From Podarcis gaigeae (lineage: Eukaryota): a stretch of 64,000 bases of DNA. Of the stretch, positions 1 to 13,900 are shown in pieces. The notes under the pieces were generated by a model. That model was not told the origin of the DNA. It ran no database searches and was given only the letters and a program-made list of their open reading frames with translations. Each line of letters opens with the position of its first letter. Position 1 is the stretch's first letter. The translations under genes were made by a program, and so were the position numbers. Where the stretch lies: assembly GCA_964106915.2 (NCBI GenBank), contig OZ066918.1; one strand, 5' to 3'.

Positions 1-383
1 TTTTAAACTAGCTTGAAGCATCCTTCCTCACTTGGTAGTCGCCAGGGACCTATCACATCTTGCTTCAGTAACAAACTTGCTTTCAGTAACAAACTAATCT
101 GAATCTCACCCTCAGGGCTCAGAGTCCATACAGTACTCAGATTGGGGGGGGGGGGCGTAACAGAAAGAAACAAATAAGCACTGTGCATTTGTTCCCTAAG
201 CCATCAAATTCAGAAGAAAGCCTGCTTCTTGTGGCAGACCACCAAGTGAACAAACCATTGCGGCAGAACACCACATCTGACAAAAGGCAGGAAGAGCTCC
301 AAGGTCCATTGGCACAGCTATCTCCAGCATGCTGAAGCTATTTTAGTTTGCATTGCAATCCAGAAAAAGGAATTTCATCCCAC

Positions 384-459
384 CTGTGCCAACACAGTGA
401 TGAAGTTTCGGTTCAAGTGAACAGCTTCATAAAGAGCCAAAAGGATAGCCTCGTTGGTT
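384..459 (-). CDS. ARMH3: ARMH3 coding exon 12
   Basis: (Q)[25 protein letters not shown], 76 nt. Confidence 0.95.
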
Positions 460-1870
460 CTACAAAAAGAGAAAAAGATGTGCTGCAGTAAATGAGTGTA
501 AAATAATGGGTCACTTCCCCCGCCCTTACTACCCAGCAACTTTGGATACCCAGAATGATAAACAAAGACATATTTATATTAGAAAGCTGGGTCCCTCCCC
601 TCAAAAACCCACCCCCTCACACACATAAACAAATCTCACTACAGCCAACCAAAGACAACCAACCTCTCTTACCACCAAGGAAGCATAACAAGCGAATAGA
701 AAGAGAACCCACACAAGTGACGCTGACACAAAACCGCACACATACACTAAGTAGAATAATAGAAGCATCGCCACCCCACCCCACACACCATTCCCCCCTC
801 CCCCTCTTTTCTTCCCAGTCTAATACTGCATGCGACACTAATGTATCACAACAAATGTAACTGATCTGTAGAAAACACAACTTGAAAAAATGTATTTTTG
901 TAATCTAAGAAATCTTTAATGAAAATTATTTTTAAAAGAAAGAAAAGCTGGGTCCCTGCAGGGTATTCCATGCCCCCCCCCAGACTTCCAAACCACTAGA
1001 CACCTAGCAAAAATCTACACATACCCCATATGCATTGATAGAAGGTAACTTTTACTTTATACAAATGTAGTCGTCCACCCCAATTTATTGCAGCACTTAA
1101 CATTTATTTATTGCACTTCACATATAGCACCCTGCTCTAGTTATCCCCAGGCCCAAATAAGAAGGAAGGAATATTAAGGACAAAGGAAAGATCATAGCAT
1201 CTACAACCAACTGGTCAACTTGAAGCACATAGGGTAGGTATGGCCCCAGAAGGTTGCAGGCATCAACAATGTTTTTGTTTGCTTGACTGTGGCAAAATTT
1301 CTGATGTGGTCATCAGTGCCAAATAATTTACTTGTATCTGCTCAAAAACATGGATATCCAAATGCCATGTATGGTAACTCCTCCTTCCTATTTGCCCCCA
1401 TTTCCATTCCAGTTTCAGTGCGTAAGAATAGAAATGCTATACCCTAACCATCTGACTAAAGCTTCTGCTAATTCACTCATGTACCAGACTGCCTGCTGCC
1501 ATCTATAGTACTGGCTGCTGAGCTAGAGTTAAATTTCCTTGCTTTATATTTTTAAGTTAAATGTCAGCAATGGATAGCATTTTATACTTCTCAATCAAAA
1601 CAGCAAATTGCTATCTGCTGGGTGCACTTACTGAACGGAGATTTTCTCATCTGCATCAGCTATGAACATGCTGCCCACCTGTGGAAATAAGCAATATTGC
1701 ACAGCATTAGGATCTATAGAAATTTTCCCTCAAGCTGAGCAGGCACACAATTCTTAAAGTAAAATGGGCACTATATATTTTCAGGGGAGCCAGAGTCATA
1801 GCCTAATGTAGCATATATAAGAAAATCATTTTCATTTTCTTTTACAAGCATTGGACTGGGCCCCTGGCAC

Positions 1871-1909
<39 letters not shown>

Positions 1910-4900
1910 CTTACCATGTTAGTCAACGCTGAGAAAAAGCCACTCTGGTGTTCTTCTTCCTTGTCTTTATACTGCCTAAAAAAAGAGGACAGCAACAGAT
2001 AGATTAAGCCATGATGCTGCCAACCTAGGTGTGCAAAAAAGATTTGACTCAAATTCTTAACAGTATTTAAAGAAAAGAGGAATAGTCAGCTTTCACCCAC
2101 TTCCTATTTTCAAAGGGTGCCTTCCAACTCTACAATTATATTATTCTAAGTAACTGATCCCACATCAGAGCTCATATGTGGACATTAGATGAGGTGAATA
2201 ACAAAGTTGATCCACTCTAATCATTTCTATATGGTTAGATATTTGTTTATTTCAAAAGTCCTATAACCAAAATAGATTTTCTGTCAGAAGCAATCAATAC
2301 ACAGCAATTCACTGAGCCTTCTATCAGTGGTGGAGCAGAAGATGTTACAGACAGTTCACAAAAAGGTACAGCCAATGGCAATTAAAGGAAGAAGAAAGTA
2401 AATGCAATCCTAGCAGTTCCCCTGTGAAACCAAACCGCTACTACACAAGGCCAAAAACAGATTTACTGATTGGAATGACAGCAGGAATACAACTTCCCAA
2501 AGATCTAGACATTTTCAGGGAGCCGAAGCAAGCAGCTGACAGGCACATCAGCAAGTTTTCTCAGAAGGGGATGTTAACTGCTTTTGCTGCTGTAAAAAAA
2601 AGATATGCCTTAACTTGACTTACCGGTTGTATTCTGATAAAGCCTGAGCAACTACAAGACCCATTCCCTGTAAAAACAGAGCAAGATGTTGAGTTCTACT
2701 CCCTACAGTTACAGCCACACAGCAAGTGCAGAGCAGAGACAGAGCCCTTTGCCCCCCAAAAGCTTATTCTCCAAATTACCCCCAATAATTTATAGCACTA
2801 GATCCATATAAGCTACAGGGATCAGGCTTCTGTCATTATCTGACAAGGTCATACATGCATGTCCCTCTCGATGTAAGACTCATTTCAAGTAAGCCAGTCT
2901 TTTGCAGTGGTAAGAATATCAGATTAGGACTGGAAGGCCCAGGTTCAAATCACTATGCAACTTTGAAGCTCACTGGGGGGCAACAGCACTCCCCTCCCCC
3001 CGGGCTTAATTTATTTTACAGGTTGATGAAGGTATAAAATTATGGTGGGAAGAGAGCTATGTATGCTGCCTTGGGTACTCTGGAAGAAAGGCAGGATATG
3101 AAAATAATGGAACTAAAATTCTGTATTACCAGTTCTATAGGTGGAGGCAAAAGCTATGTCCCCAAATTAGGACTATACCCTTTGGCAGGAAAAACATGTG
3201 GAGGCTCCACATTGCTACAGATCCCATTAATTTCTCATTCAAATATTTTTTTGTTTCTTCATTAAATATTTTATTGCATTACTTATATCATAGATCTATT
3301 CCTCTCATACACTGTGGAATACTTCAGTCATGATCATGGAAATCAGAGCTTCTGAAAATGTCTTGGGATTTAAAAAAAATTAATTCAGTTCAGCTCCTTG
3401 TTGTATTCCTAGTCCTCTGGATAATTTGCAATACTCACAGCACTTAATCCATCATACTCACATTGAGGGTGGCCTCATCATCTATGATGGACAGCTTCAC
3501 TATATAAGGATTCACAGACTGTAGTGGGAAGAAGGAAAGTCATGGGTTATCATGGGTTAGCTTAGTGACTCAGCAAAGCCAACACAGCTTCATGAAAAGG
3601 TCTTGCCCGTCTTATGATGCCAGGGGACACACGTGCCTGTCGATTTAAACCACGAGATTCTAGGTCCACTCCTCCTTTCAGTGCAGTAGCCTCACATACA
3701 AATGAGAGCCCCTCCAAGATACTGAGAGTCATGGTCACATTTTACACATTAGCCTTCATTATTTCAACGGTTAGGGAAACAGTAAACAAGCCAATATATT
3801 CAATACTGCATCCATCTAGTGCCAGTGTCCATCAGTATAGCAGTTTTCTATGCTCCTGGTTGAACAGCATTCTAAATAAAGAGGTACCCATGTCTCATAC
3901 ATACATACCCACCATGCAACACTCATTATAGAGAGTGTCTAGCACAGACTGGTTCATATATGAGAGATAGACTAGCGCAGACTGAAACATCTGGGACCAA
4001 AGGAATTGCAATCCCATTAACAACCACCTTACGCTCACAGCTTTAGTTTAGTTCAGTGATTATTATCAGTGCCTAAACGGAGCCAAATACTGGGAAGGGA
4101 AAAGCAACAATTCAAGAAAAATTGCCATTACAGGATGGTAATGCAAAATACAGAGAAGCATCTGTCATCTTAAGGACAGATAAATTCAGCGTGCTATGAG
4201 CTTTTGGAGGCATGTACCTACTTTATCAGATACAAGGACAGGGATAACCAAAAGTTAGCAGACTAAGAGTCAAGCTAAATGCAGCAGACTAAGAGAGGAA
4301 TAGGTAAGACAGCTAGAACCAGAAAAAAGACGTCTGACAGTACACCCTATACATATCTACTCAGAAGAAAGTCTCAATGAATTCAACGACACTTGCTCCT
4401 ACTAAGTGTGTATAGGAAAAGCTTTACCTACTTCATATCTGTGTGTTCTGACAGCTGTTACAACACAGCAGGAATAAAAAAATGGAATTTTCTTTACACA
4501 TATGCACACACAAATTTAAATGTGTTAAATCTATTGTAAGCCACTCTGACAGTCATTGACTGGAGGAACAGCAACATCTAAGTCCCCAAATAACTGACAT
4601 CTTTCAGACCTTTCTGAAATCCTTGTGTATGAACCAAAGGCTTTCTTCACTCAGGAGCAGTTCAAAGGACAGAAGTCAAGACACTGGGTATTTTGTGAAA
4701 CGATTAAAAAAATAGTTATTATTGGCATCCTTGAAGTGAAGACCCTCCCCTTAGATATGAGTGCCTTGGCACATTTCAAGTGTCTTTTCTTCAGTCATGC
4801 ATAACAGCAACTCAGAACCACCCTAGTAGTGTCAGGATCACACCACCACTGAACCAGACATACAGTTTCCAGTCTATGCACAACATTACAGATGTTCAGT

Positions 4901-7900
4901 TTAGTACAGTGGACGCTCGGGTTGCAAACGTGATCTGTGCGGGAGGCACATTCACAACCCGCAGCGATCGCAACCTGCAGCGCCGTGTCTGCGCACGCAT
5001 GGGTCGCAATTCAACGCTTCTGTGCATGCACGACTGCCGAAACCCGGAAGTAACCCATTCCGGTACTTCCGGGTTCAGCGCAGTGCACAACCCGAAAACA
5101 CACAACCTGAAGCATCTGTAACCCGAGGTATGACTGTACTTTTACTTTAAACATATAAATGATGTTTTCTCACAAGTAAAAGCGCTTAGCACCAGGGCAG
5201 CAGAAGGAAACACAATGCTATTCCTGTAGTCATGATGGTGCCATGAGTTAAGTACATTTAAAATGAGAAACTGCACATACTCAAGAGGATTTCTTTGTTA
5301 TTTATCAGAGTCAGTAGGGTTTCGGCTCTAATAGATCAAGAATGCCAGTGCACAGGGGTGAAGAGGGAGTGCACCTGCCTTCCCGGCTATGTGTGTTTTA
5401 TTTTCTCTGTTGATTCTCTTCCTCCTCTTTTCCTGGGGAGGCCATGGATTTCTTGGTTGCAATACTTTGCAGTTTGGAAAAACTTAACTCTTGCCTAACT
5501 CCAACTCAGTCCCACATGAGTCATGTGTAATCCATGAGGAAAGGTAGAAAAGTGTTTTTAAAAGAAGAAGAAAAGGCTAATATGGACTGGTATCTTGTAA
5601 CATAAACCCCAGCAGAGCATAATGCCCCCAGCTCTGCATCACAAGAACACTTAAAATGGAGGGAGAGATGAGAACATTCCTCACAAATTTAAACTTAGGA
5701 AAGGAAGGGGAGAACAAACAAAAAAAACCCTAATCTGTGGAAAGTGTGCGTCCTGAATGTATATTCCAAACATGGCACTGCTATCTGCAGCAAGAGATTA
5801 ACAATATGCAGCTGAACCTGTTCATTTATTTGGTGTATAATCATTTAAAAAAACAACCTTTTCATCTCCCAGGGCAGAATTAATAAACAGAATAGCTTTG
5901 CCCCCAGGCCTCTGCACTTTCAGATCTTTTCTTTTACACAATCTTTACGACTGTTCAATGTACTGAAGGCCTTTGACCTTTCTACATAGTTACCTTGATT
6001 AGATGAGGAGATAGCTTTGAAGACACTAAGATAAACAGAGCTTTGTTTCACCTAAAAGGGCTATTTGGTCCTGCACCATAATTTCCCATTACCACTTTGG
6101 GTGCAAGGGCCTGCCACAGCAAGGAGATTGTATCAGTGAGGTCTCTAATACCCCCAAGGCCTAAGCTTTCTACAAGAACAGTCACACCTTGTTCTGCATC
6201 TTCCTTTACTTATTGCAAAACACAGTTATTCTTTTGGAACGACTTTACCCAGTTCTCTGGTGAATCTTGGTTGTCCTTCAATTCCACAGCTATGAATGTT
6301 AGTTAGGCTCCTGTACAGTTCTCAGCACACAACCATCCCATTCCTGACTTTAGAAATTCCTCTAAAAGAGAAAAGGCACTGCAAGGTTTCTGAAGTGATC
6401 TCCACAGGATATGGTATGAAGGGACAGATGGCTACTACCTTGCCCAAGCTAACCAACTTTGGGTCCGGTCACCACTGTGTTTTTTGTGATGGTCATGGAT
6501 TTTTAGGACTAGAAGTGGAACTTCAAGCACATTGCATTTTGTGCAGCTACAGTTAACCAGAACAGGGGCTCAGCCTCTCACCCCCAGTTCTCACCAGAAG
6601 CTTCATGCCACCTGGTGGTGCTTGTATTGCAGTAACTGCAGGGATTAAAAGATACCACTATTTAGCCATCTTAAATCGACTCAGCATTTTTCTGAGCTAG
6701 CATTTTAAAACTGGCAACATGGGTTATTTTTTTTTAAAAGGACATGAGCTTAAATACAGTGGTACCTCTAGTTATGAACTTAATTCGTTCCAGAGGTCTG
6801 TTCTTAACCTGAAACTGTTCTTAACTAGAGGTGTGCTTTCGCTAATGGGGCCTCTTGCTGCTGCTGCGCCGCCGTCACACCATTTCCGTTCTCATCCTGG
6901 GGCAAAGTTCTCAACTCAAGGTAACTCTTCCAGGTTAGTGGAGTTTGTAACCTGAAGCGTTTGTAACCTGAGGCATTTGTAACTCGAGGTACCACTGTAA
7001 TGTTAAAGCTTTACTCAGTTACATGCAGTGTACATATTGTTATCATAAAAATTTTAAACAGATTTCATCAATGTAGGCAGTTTTAATTCTATCAAGGTCT
7101 AATTATATTTTAATGAGAGTATTTTAATGATTTATTCTTCTTTTTTAGCAGTTCCTACTTTTTATCTGTAAGCTGCCTTGAGTCCCAACAATGAAAAAGG
7201 CGAGGAATAAATAAATATATTATAATAGTAGTAATTATAATAAGATTCCAAACAATAAAAGTAACCAAGCTGTCACAAATAAGGTTAAACAAAAAAGCAA
7301 TTAGTTTTACTTCATATTAAATCACATGAGCAGGTAATTTTGTAGCAGGAACCCCCCCACCCCAATCATTCTGTTTGTATAAACTTCACACTCACACACT
7401 ACATACGCCACATTTCTGTTATAAATTCATAACACCACATTTCTGTTATAAATTCATAGAAAGTCAACCATACATTGGATTTGCACTGTTCCATTTTTAT
7501 TTTTACTCCATGTGACAAGAACTAACAAAGGGGGGTGACTTAGTCCTGGTCAGCCATAATCCCTTCACTGTCTCAGCACATACACTGGAGCCCTGCCCAT
7601 GCCAACCCTGATGATCCCAGACAGAAGACAATCAAGATCACAAAGAACCTGCATATGGGAGTGGATTCAAACAAAGGACACTGATCAGATCTTCCCTCAG
7701 GGGGCAGGAAACTGCAAAATCCCCTTTGTCTCCTAGAAATTCCTGGAAGGGGAGGGGGGAAAGGAGGAACCAGCCAGGTGACAAGACACTCAAGTTACCA
7801 CCAACTCCTCCCTCGGCCCCTCCTTTCTGTAATGTATGCCTCCCACAACCCCTCCTTTCTGTAATGTATGCATGATGTTTCTAGGGGTGGGCTAGACCTA

Positions 7901-10900
7901 GAGGAGGGGAATTTCAAAAGTTTTTATAAGACCTTGCACACTATTCTTCTGGGTCTTTCCTCTCTCCTGCACGTGAGGGGAATACCCTGTTGCAACAGTT
8001 CAATAAAGGCCAAGCCTACAGGCTGCTGTTTTGCTCCAAGTTATCCTGGTTGGTGTCTTTGTTTTGTCCAAGGGAGCCCTCGGATTTTTCCTGTAACAAT
8101 TTCAAGATGGCTGTCACTTCACATCAGCTGACTGGATTTACTTGGTACCTTCAGTATTGATGCTTACTATTAAACCCCTGTACAGCTTAGGACCTGGGGA
8201 CTAGCTTATGATTGACTTCTTCAGAAGCCTTTTCCCACCTTTGGAATGTACCTGCCAGGGAGGTAAACTTTGCCCATATTTTACATTACGTAAATACTTT
8301 TTTCATTTCCCCAGACTTTTAAAACAGCATCTAGGAACATAGCTCAAGGAACATAGGAAGATGCCCATTGTCCCATGTAGCTCAGTTCTGTCTAAACTGA
8401 CTGGCAGTGGCTCACCGAAATTTTAGACAGGTGTCCTTCCAAGTGCTACCAGGAGATGCCAGGGATTGAACTTAAGGCCTTCTACATGCAAAAGAGATGT
8501 TCTACTACTGAGTTACAGCCCTTCCCCTTAAAACCAATCTGAATTGCTTTTATCATTCTGCTGTTTTAACTTGTTAATCTTTATCCATCATTGTTTTATC
8601 ATCATTTATGAGTTGCCCTAGGAGTAGACATAAAGGTCAGGAGACCGATAGATAGAATGTATAAGTAACAATTTCAAGGCATATTTATAGTGATTTCATA
8701 GCTATAATTGAATGAAAAGAGACTAATGCAAATTATATAACTGTATCAGTTTAACAAACGTGCTTTCCCCAATACACACTCCCTCTTTCCCCAATACACA
8801 CCCTGCCAAATCTGGATTTTCTTACTGCTTGTAGGCAGGAGTGGGGAGCACAACATGAAACCAGGCTAAGGCTGCAAAGCCTACACCAGCTCATATGGGA
8901 GTCATGCATACATACAGACATGTATACAATTGTGGGATACTTAATTTTCTAAAACCTAACTGCCTATATGCACACACCTTCAACATTTCCCTCACTAGAA
9001 TATCACGATTTATGAGATTCTGAAAGAAATCATGATCTAAAATTGACTGCCATTCTGATTACTATGCCTTAAACCAATTCTGATATCACACTAGAAAGCT
9101 TATGTATGGTACCGTGAGGTGTTAAAATTGTCAAACTATGGGTTTTGAACTAGTTATGGCCATGGTTCCACCTTCAGAAGCCACTGCAGTCAAGGACTGG
9201 AGGACTGGCTGTACAGAAGCAGCTTGCCTGTATAATTTTTATAGTTCAAATCATGGCCTGGGTTCTGCATTATGGTTAGCGCTGCAAACCACAGTCTGGG
9301 TGGGGTTTGAAATGAGACCTTCCACAAAACAAGCTGAACAGACTTTGTTACAGCAGGCGTGGGTAACCTCCTGCCTGCAGACCAAGCCACAGCCACCTGC
9401 CCTATACCTGCCGTATATGGAGTCAGGCATGGGACAGGGAAAAATCTTGGCTCCAAAAGGAGGTTTGCAAACACCACCAATCAGTTGACCCACAGTGCCT
9501 GCAAACCCCTATGCAAAGTACTGAGCAAGATTGCCCTTTGAAAGGGCATTAAAGTCATAAGATTCCTGAGGGGAAAGTGATTGGCCGATGGGTGGCTCCA
9601 GCCACCTGTCAAACGTGGCCCATGAGGGTGGGGGAGAAAACAATCTCAACCCCCACCTGCCCAATCAGATCCTGTTCTCCACCGCTGTGTCAGAGATCGC
9701 AAAAGGAGGATAATTTGATTCATGCCTAGTCTTAACATGCCATATCCGGATTATAGAGAAGTGTTTGTTTCATTCTATTATATTGTTTTTCACTTTAAAC
9801 ATACACGTATTTATAGAGATTTACATGTTCTGCCTTAGGATTCAACAGACAGCAGTACCCACCTCTCAGTTTAAGATTATGAAATTACTTGTTTTTATGC
9901 TTCCAGAAAGCTTTATGCTTAGGTGTTGGCAACTGGATATCAAAGGGCTCTAAACTAGAGAGGAAATGAATCTATAGATTTAGGAAAGCCCCACCCACTG
10001 CTAAATTGCTGCAGTTCATGGAGTCACCTGGAAATAAAGAAAGCCATTGGAGGTAGTAATCAGGGCAATGGACTGAAATTCTATGCTCGTAGGAGCACTG
10101 TCTATAAATCAGATTAATGATTTTGCAATAAAAAAAATAAGCTGAACCTGGATAAGAAATAAAGACATCAGCAAATATTCTGCTAATCTTGAAGCACATT
10201 TAAAACCATGTTTTTGTAAGCAACACTAGAGGGGTTTTTTTTTTAATAGACAAGCATTAAAGTCATAAGCAACGAATAAGCTCTCAATGCAATTAGATTT
10301 CCTTAACTTAATGGAACAATTTAGCAGCCCACGAGGCTCTGGGGGAAAAAAGAGTATGACCAGCAACAGTGTGGTTGAAATGAAAAGACTCTCACAGCTT
10401 ACATAAAAAACAGGAAAATCCCCCACACCCTCCAACAGAAGATTTGCAATGTTGGAGGCAGGACACAAATATATGCAATTCTAATGTCTCTCCAGACTGA
10501 CCAGGAAAAATCTACTATTTTCTCAAATCATACTAACTGCTTTATACAGCACCACATACATATAAATTCTCTCAGCTGTAATGCAAAGCCAAGACAACCC
10601 CTAGGAGAAAAATTAAGCCTTATGCAAGCCTATTTTCCCCAGGAGGGACTTCCAAATGACTTTATCTGAAACAGACTACTCCAGTTGACCCTCATCTAAT
10701 AGCAGCAAAACAATAACCTTTTCTTTCTCTGAGGATATTTCCACTGACCTAAGTTTGCTTTTAGATTTGGGAATGCTATTAGCATTGTTTCTGTGTTTCT
10801 GACTGAAGTATGCACTAACATCCCAAAGGGACTACAGAAATATGAAACCACCTGATACATCTTGTTTCCACATCCAGAAATTATGGATTTCAGCATCTAT

Positions 10901-13900
10901 TAGCTAACAGTGAGATCAAATCCTGCAGACTAGGCAAAATGAGAGAAGCCATAATAAAAATACTGTGCCTCATGCAAACTGGAGAAAATAACAAGTAATT
11001 GGAAAGGATCAGAAACACATGCACACTATCCCCTCAAGGAACTGTGTGCTACGTAACATACCAGGTCATCCACTGATCACATGGCCATCAATTCTATCAA
11101 GGGTGTTAATAGTCCGACAGGCTACCCAGTTAGCTGCCAAATCCTACACATTATGGGGTCTGGAAACCTAAACTAGAAACTCCCACTTTTTTAAGACGGG
11201 GCATTAGCTTGCAAACACCACAGTTGTTCCCATACTAAAAATATGTACTTTACAGAACAGCTTTCCTTGTACAGTGGTGCCCCGCAAGACGAATGCCTCG
11301 CAAGACAGAAAACTCGCTAGACGAAAGAGTTTTCCGTTTGGGAGGTGCTTCGCAAAACGAATTTCCTATGGGCTTGCTTCGCAAGACGAAAATGTCTTGC
11401 AAGTTCCTGCGGGTTTTTTTTCCTCCCCCCCCCCCCTTGTTCTAAGCCGCTAAGCCGCTTATCCACTAAGCCGCTAATAGCGCTAATCTGTCAATGGGCT
11501 TGCTTCGCAAGACGAAAAAACCGCTAGACAAAGAGACTCGCAGAACGGATTCTTTTCATCTTGCGAGGCACCACTGTACTTATAAGCAAAGAACTGTAGG
11601 ATTATTTCTAAACACATACACAAAGTACACTGGAAACACAGAGATACTACTAAAATGGATACAGAACAAAACTTTTCATCTGGATGTAAGCAGGACACAA
11701 TTTTTCAACATGCTCTAGCTCACATTCTAGCGCACCAGGACAAGAGTTGATAATTCCACTCACTGTCCTCACCTGGTGAGTGCAACAACTACCAGCTTTC
11801 CTCCCAACCTTGTACCTAGAGTGCAACTGTGCCGACAATCCCTACCTACCTCTCTTACAATAAGGTTGAGAGAAAGGCTGCTGCTTATTTCGTTGTTGTA
11901 TTTCTGAGGCTGCTCAGGAGAAAAAGTCCCAGAACTCCACTCCAGCTTGAAACCCACAAGAGAGAGATTGGGACTGTCCTGTAGCTATACTGTTTCCGAG
12001 GAACAAAGAAGTTGGAGAAAACAAATGGGGCTCCTTTTCACAATGCACTTTCAAGGCACGAAATGCAGCACAATTGCAGAAACAATCTGCCACCCTAGGA
12101 GAGTGGCAATTGTTCCTGGCCGTGCATGATGCTTTCAAGAGCAGGAATCTGCCCCTTGGAGAAGGGGCAGAGTCCTGGCAACCACCATTTTTTAATTGAC
12201 CACTAAAGCCAAACAAACTTTATAAACCCCTACGGCAGGGGTGCCCAAAGAGGGCCAGATTTGATCAAGAAAACATGTGTGAGGGCTGACCAAAGTTGTT
12301 GAGCTTTTTTGGGGATTTTATCCCAGGAAATAAACTGCCACAGGGACTGGATTAAATTGACCATCAGGCTGGATTTAATATCACGAGATAGGCTTTGGGA
12401 AAAACTAAGCTTTTGGGGAAAAACATAGACAGACATCTACTGTGTCTCATCCGCAGTTTATACAGAAACACTCGGGTCCGGGTTAGGTGTGACTGACAGG
12501 GCCATTTATCCAAGGAAATCCAAACCTACCGTGGTGTTAAACAAGGCTGTGTCCTTGCGCCTATTTTATTCAACTTCTATATTAACTCCTTAATAGGAAA
12601 CACGGAGAAAGAAAATGTCCACCCCCCTAAATTGGCTGGTACACCCCTCCCAGTTCTCTTATATGTGGATGATGCAGTTCTAATTTCCTTCTCATGTGTA
12701 GGCCTAAGAAAACTTCTAAAATCTCTCACAATTAACTATAGCAAATTGAAAGTTATGGTGTTCTCTAAAAAAAGAACGAGACACAAATGCAGAATTGACA
12801 ATCAACCTATTGAGCAGGTATCATCTTTTAAATACCTGGGTTTAACCTTCCAGGAAAAGGGCCCATGGCATTATCAGGTTAAAAATACTATTGTAAATGC
12901 CCAAAGATCTACCAAAGCTATTATAATGTTTTTCTATGGAAAAGGGGGCCAATATATTCCGGCAGCCTCCCAGGTCTTTGCTGCAAAAATATTAACACAA
13001 TTGACATATGGCTCTCAGATCTGCAGCTTCTTAAACCTTGCACCCTTAGAATCATTCCAAACTAAGTTCTATCACTGCCTGCTAGGGATCCCTTCTTGTG
13101 TGTCTAACATAGCTGTCCACCTGGAGGTCGGGAAAATCCCTGTTGGCACTCAGATATGGAGTCTGAAGATCCATTATTGGTTAAAACTTATCTTTTTCCC
13201 TGTTGGGTTGGCACCCTTAACCCTACTGGATTCCTACCAATCCAAATGGAAAGCTACACTGCATGAAAAGCTAAGAGGCTTGCGGTTTTCCCCACAGGCC
13301 CTGATAGCTGTAGGTTATGAGAAAGCTAAAGCAATAATCCGCCAACGAATTTGGGCTGTGGAACTGCAATGCCACGTGAGCGAGATGAATAAACACCCAG
13401 CAATAAAAGATAATGGGAGAGGATTTACCCCAGCAAATTATTTGTCAAAATTACAAACGCCTAAATACAGACAGTCATTTACCCTCGCAAGATTCAACGT
13501 GCTGCCATCTGCCTTATCGTAGGACAGATTCGAGGGTAAACCATATGCGGAACGCGTCTGCCCCTGCGGCTTGATGGAGGTAGAAACTGTCTCTCCTGCC
13601 TTGTTGCGCTGCCGTTTCTACGGGGATATATGCTCGGTATTTATTACCCCTGCTATGCAAAAATCTCCAAATGATTCTGAACTTCAATGGCTAAAATCCC
13701 TGATAGAGGACAAGGATCCTGAGATCACATTAAGGGTAGTCAAATTCTGTGCAATTGCCATAAAACTTAGGGAACAAACTGTGCTATCATAATGATTAAG
13801 GCCTTAAATGATAATTTTAGGTTATATGTTAATAACTAAGTTTTAATTTATATATTTTTAAACTGTTGCTATATCTGTATTGTCCCTGTTATACTTAATT

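Noticed and set aside
11280-11560. CRISPR-like spaced repeats (gcaagacgaa)
   Set aside because: Irregular subterminal repeats of a eukaryotic MITE; the window is vertebrate DNA with no cas genes
12632-13522. 296-aa ORF as a domesticated RT gene
   Set aside because: 5'-truncated, YADD changed to YVDD, downstream in-frame stop; an ordinary decaying LINE
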